DNA of 62,295 bases, filler included, from a bacterium (GTDB lineage: Bacteria; JALSQH01), in the NCBI GenBank assembly GCA_027004335.1. It is 10 parts of 10 records of this genome, joined end to end, with 100 filler letters (N's around TTAATTAATTAA, not from the genome) between each part and the next. Parts side by side here need not be neighbours in the genome. Positions count along the whole stretch, not along the records: positions 58,507 to 62,295 come from JALTID010000097.1; 9 more parts are not named here. One strand, written 5' to 3'. The notes beneath the pieces were generated by a model. It ran no database searches. It was given only the letters and a program-made list of their open reading frames with translations, and had not been told where the DNA came from. The position numbers and the translations under genes were made by a program. Shown one piece after another: positions 61,582-62,295 of this stretch (positions are counted from its first letter, which is position 1; each line of letters begins with the position of its first letter).

Positions 61582-62295
61582 ATGGCTACGAAATACCCTT
61601 TAGTGCTTATTCATGGTGCAGGCGGATTTGACAGGATGTTGAGTTTTACCTATTTTTACAAAATTGAGGCGTATCTTCGGGAGAGTGGCTACACTGTTCT
61701 TGTTCCACATCTCACGGCTTATGCAAGGATAGAGGAGAGAGCGGCTGAAATTAAAACTTTTGTTGAGTCTCTGGGGTACGAAAAGGTAAATCTGTTTGGC
61801 CATAGTTTAGGGGGGGTAGATGCTCGGTATGCGATATCTAAACTTGGCCTTCACGAGAGGGTCGCCTCTCTGACTACTATCTCTGCCCCTCATCATGGCA
61901 GTATGGCTGTTGATGTAATCCTTGGCTTGCTCCCATGCAAGGTTTGTGAATTAGCAGACAAGGCCATGAAGAAAATCGGATGGGACTTTGATGTGATAAT
62001 ACAGATGTCAAAAAATTATATGGACAAAGTTTTTAATCCAATGGTCCCTGATGTGGATGATGTTAAATATTATTCATGGTCGGCAAGGGCCTCTCTGTGG
62101 GGGAGAAACAGAGTTAAGCCTTTTATGCTCCAATTTTACCTCATTATAAGGGCTACCGAGGGTGAAAATGATGGCATGGTATCTATAAAATCTGCAAAGT
62201 GGGGAGAATGGTTAGGAATTCTTGAGGGGGATCATTATGGCATCATAGGCCAGCCCCTTGGTATGACAAATTTTGACTATCTTGGTTTTTTTCTT
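61582..62295 (+). CDS. Triacylglycerol lipase (family I-like), 3' end lies outside the window
   Basis: Not in the ORF track. Manual translation gives MATKYPLVLIHGAGG...KVNLFGHSLGGVDARY...VASLTTISAPHHGS...ENDGMVSIKSAKWG...DH. Confidence 0.92.
   Translation, partial: MATKYPLVLIHGAGGFDRMLSFTYFYKIEAYLRESGYTVLVPHLTAYARIEERAAEIKTFVESLGYEKVNLFGHSLGGVDARYAISKLGLHERVASLTTISAPHHGSMAVDVILGLLPCKVCELADKAMKKIGWDFDVIIQMSKNYMDKVFNPMVPDVDDVKYYSWSARASLWGRNRVKPFMLQFYLIIRATEGENDGMVSIKSAKWGEWLGILEGDHYGIIGQPLGMTNFDYLGFFL

Overview
The window is a concatenation of ten unrelated contig pieces from a draft or metagenome-assembled bacterial genome, joined by nine artificial 100-nt N-TTAATTAATTAA-N spacers, so gene neighbourhood is only meaningful within a piece. 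The DNA is AT-rich and the proteins are rich in Lys, Glu and Ile, which suggests a thermophilic diderm. Most genes are housekeeping: aspS, clpB, nth, rph-rdgB, rib/nusB, efp, aroQ, rpe, pcrA/uvrD, dapAF, speE and feoAB. Alongside these is a surface-motility and envelope toolkit resembling Myxococcota/Bdellovibrionota. It includes pilQ followed by two lipoproteins, an SgmX-like TPR protein, an ExeA-like ATPase with a long acidic repeat tail, a TsaP-like LysM protein, T2SS gspLMN, and a compact gltF-aglR-aglQ-aglS-gltG-like motor operon in which one ExbD-type subunit lacks the canonical Asp. Other notable items are a circularly permuted lipoprotein esterase, a ThDP-enzyme/BASS/SDR operon, two apparent internal-deletion gene relics and several probable leaderless genes. 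No rRNA, tRNA, CRISPR array or transposase was recognised. All family assignments come from motif recognition by eye, not database searches.
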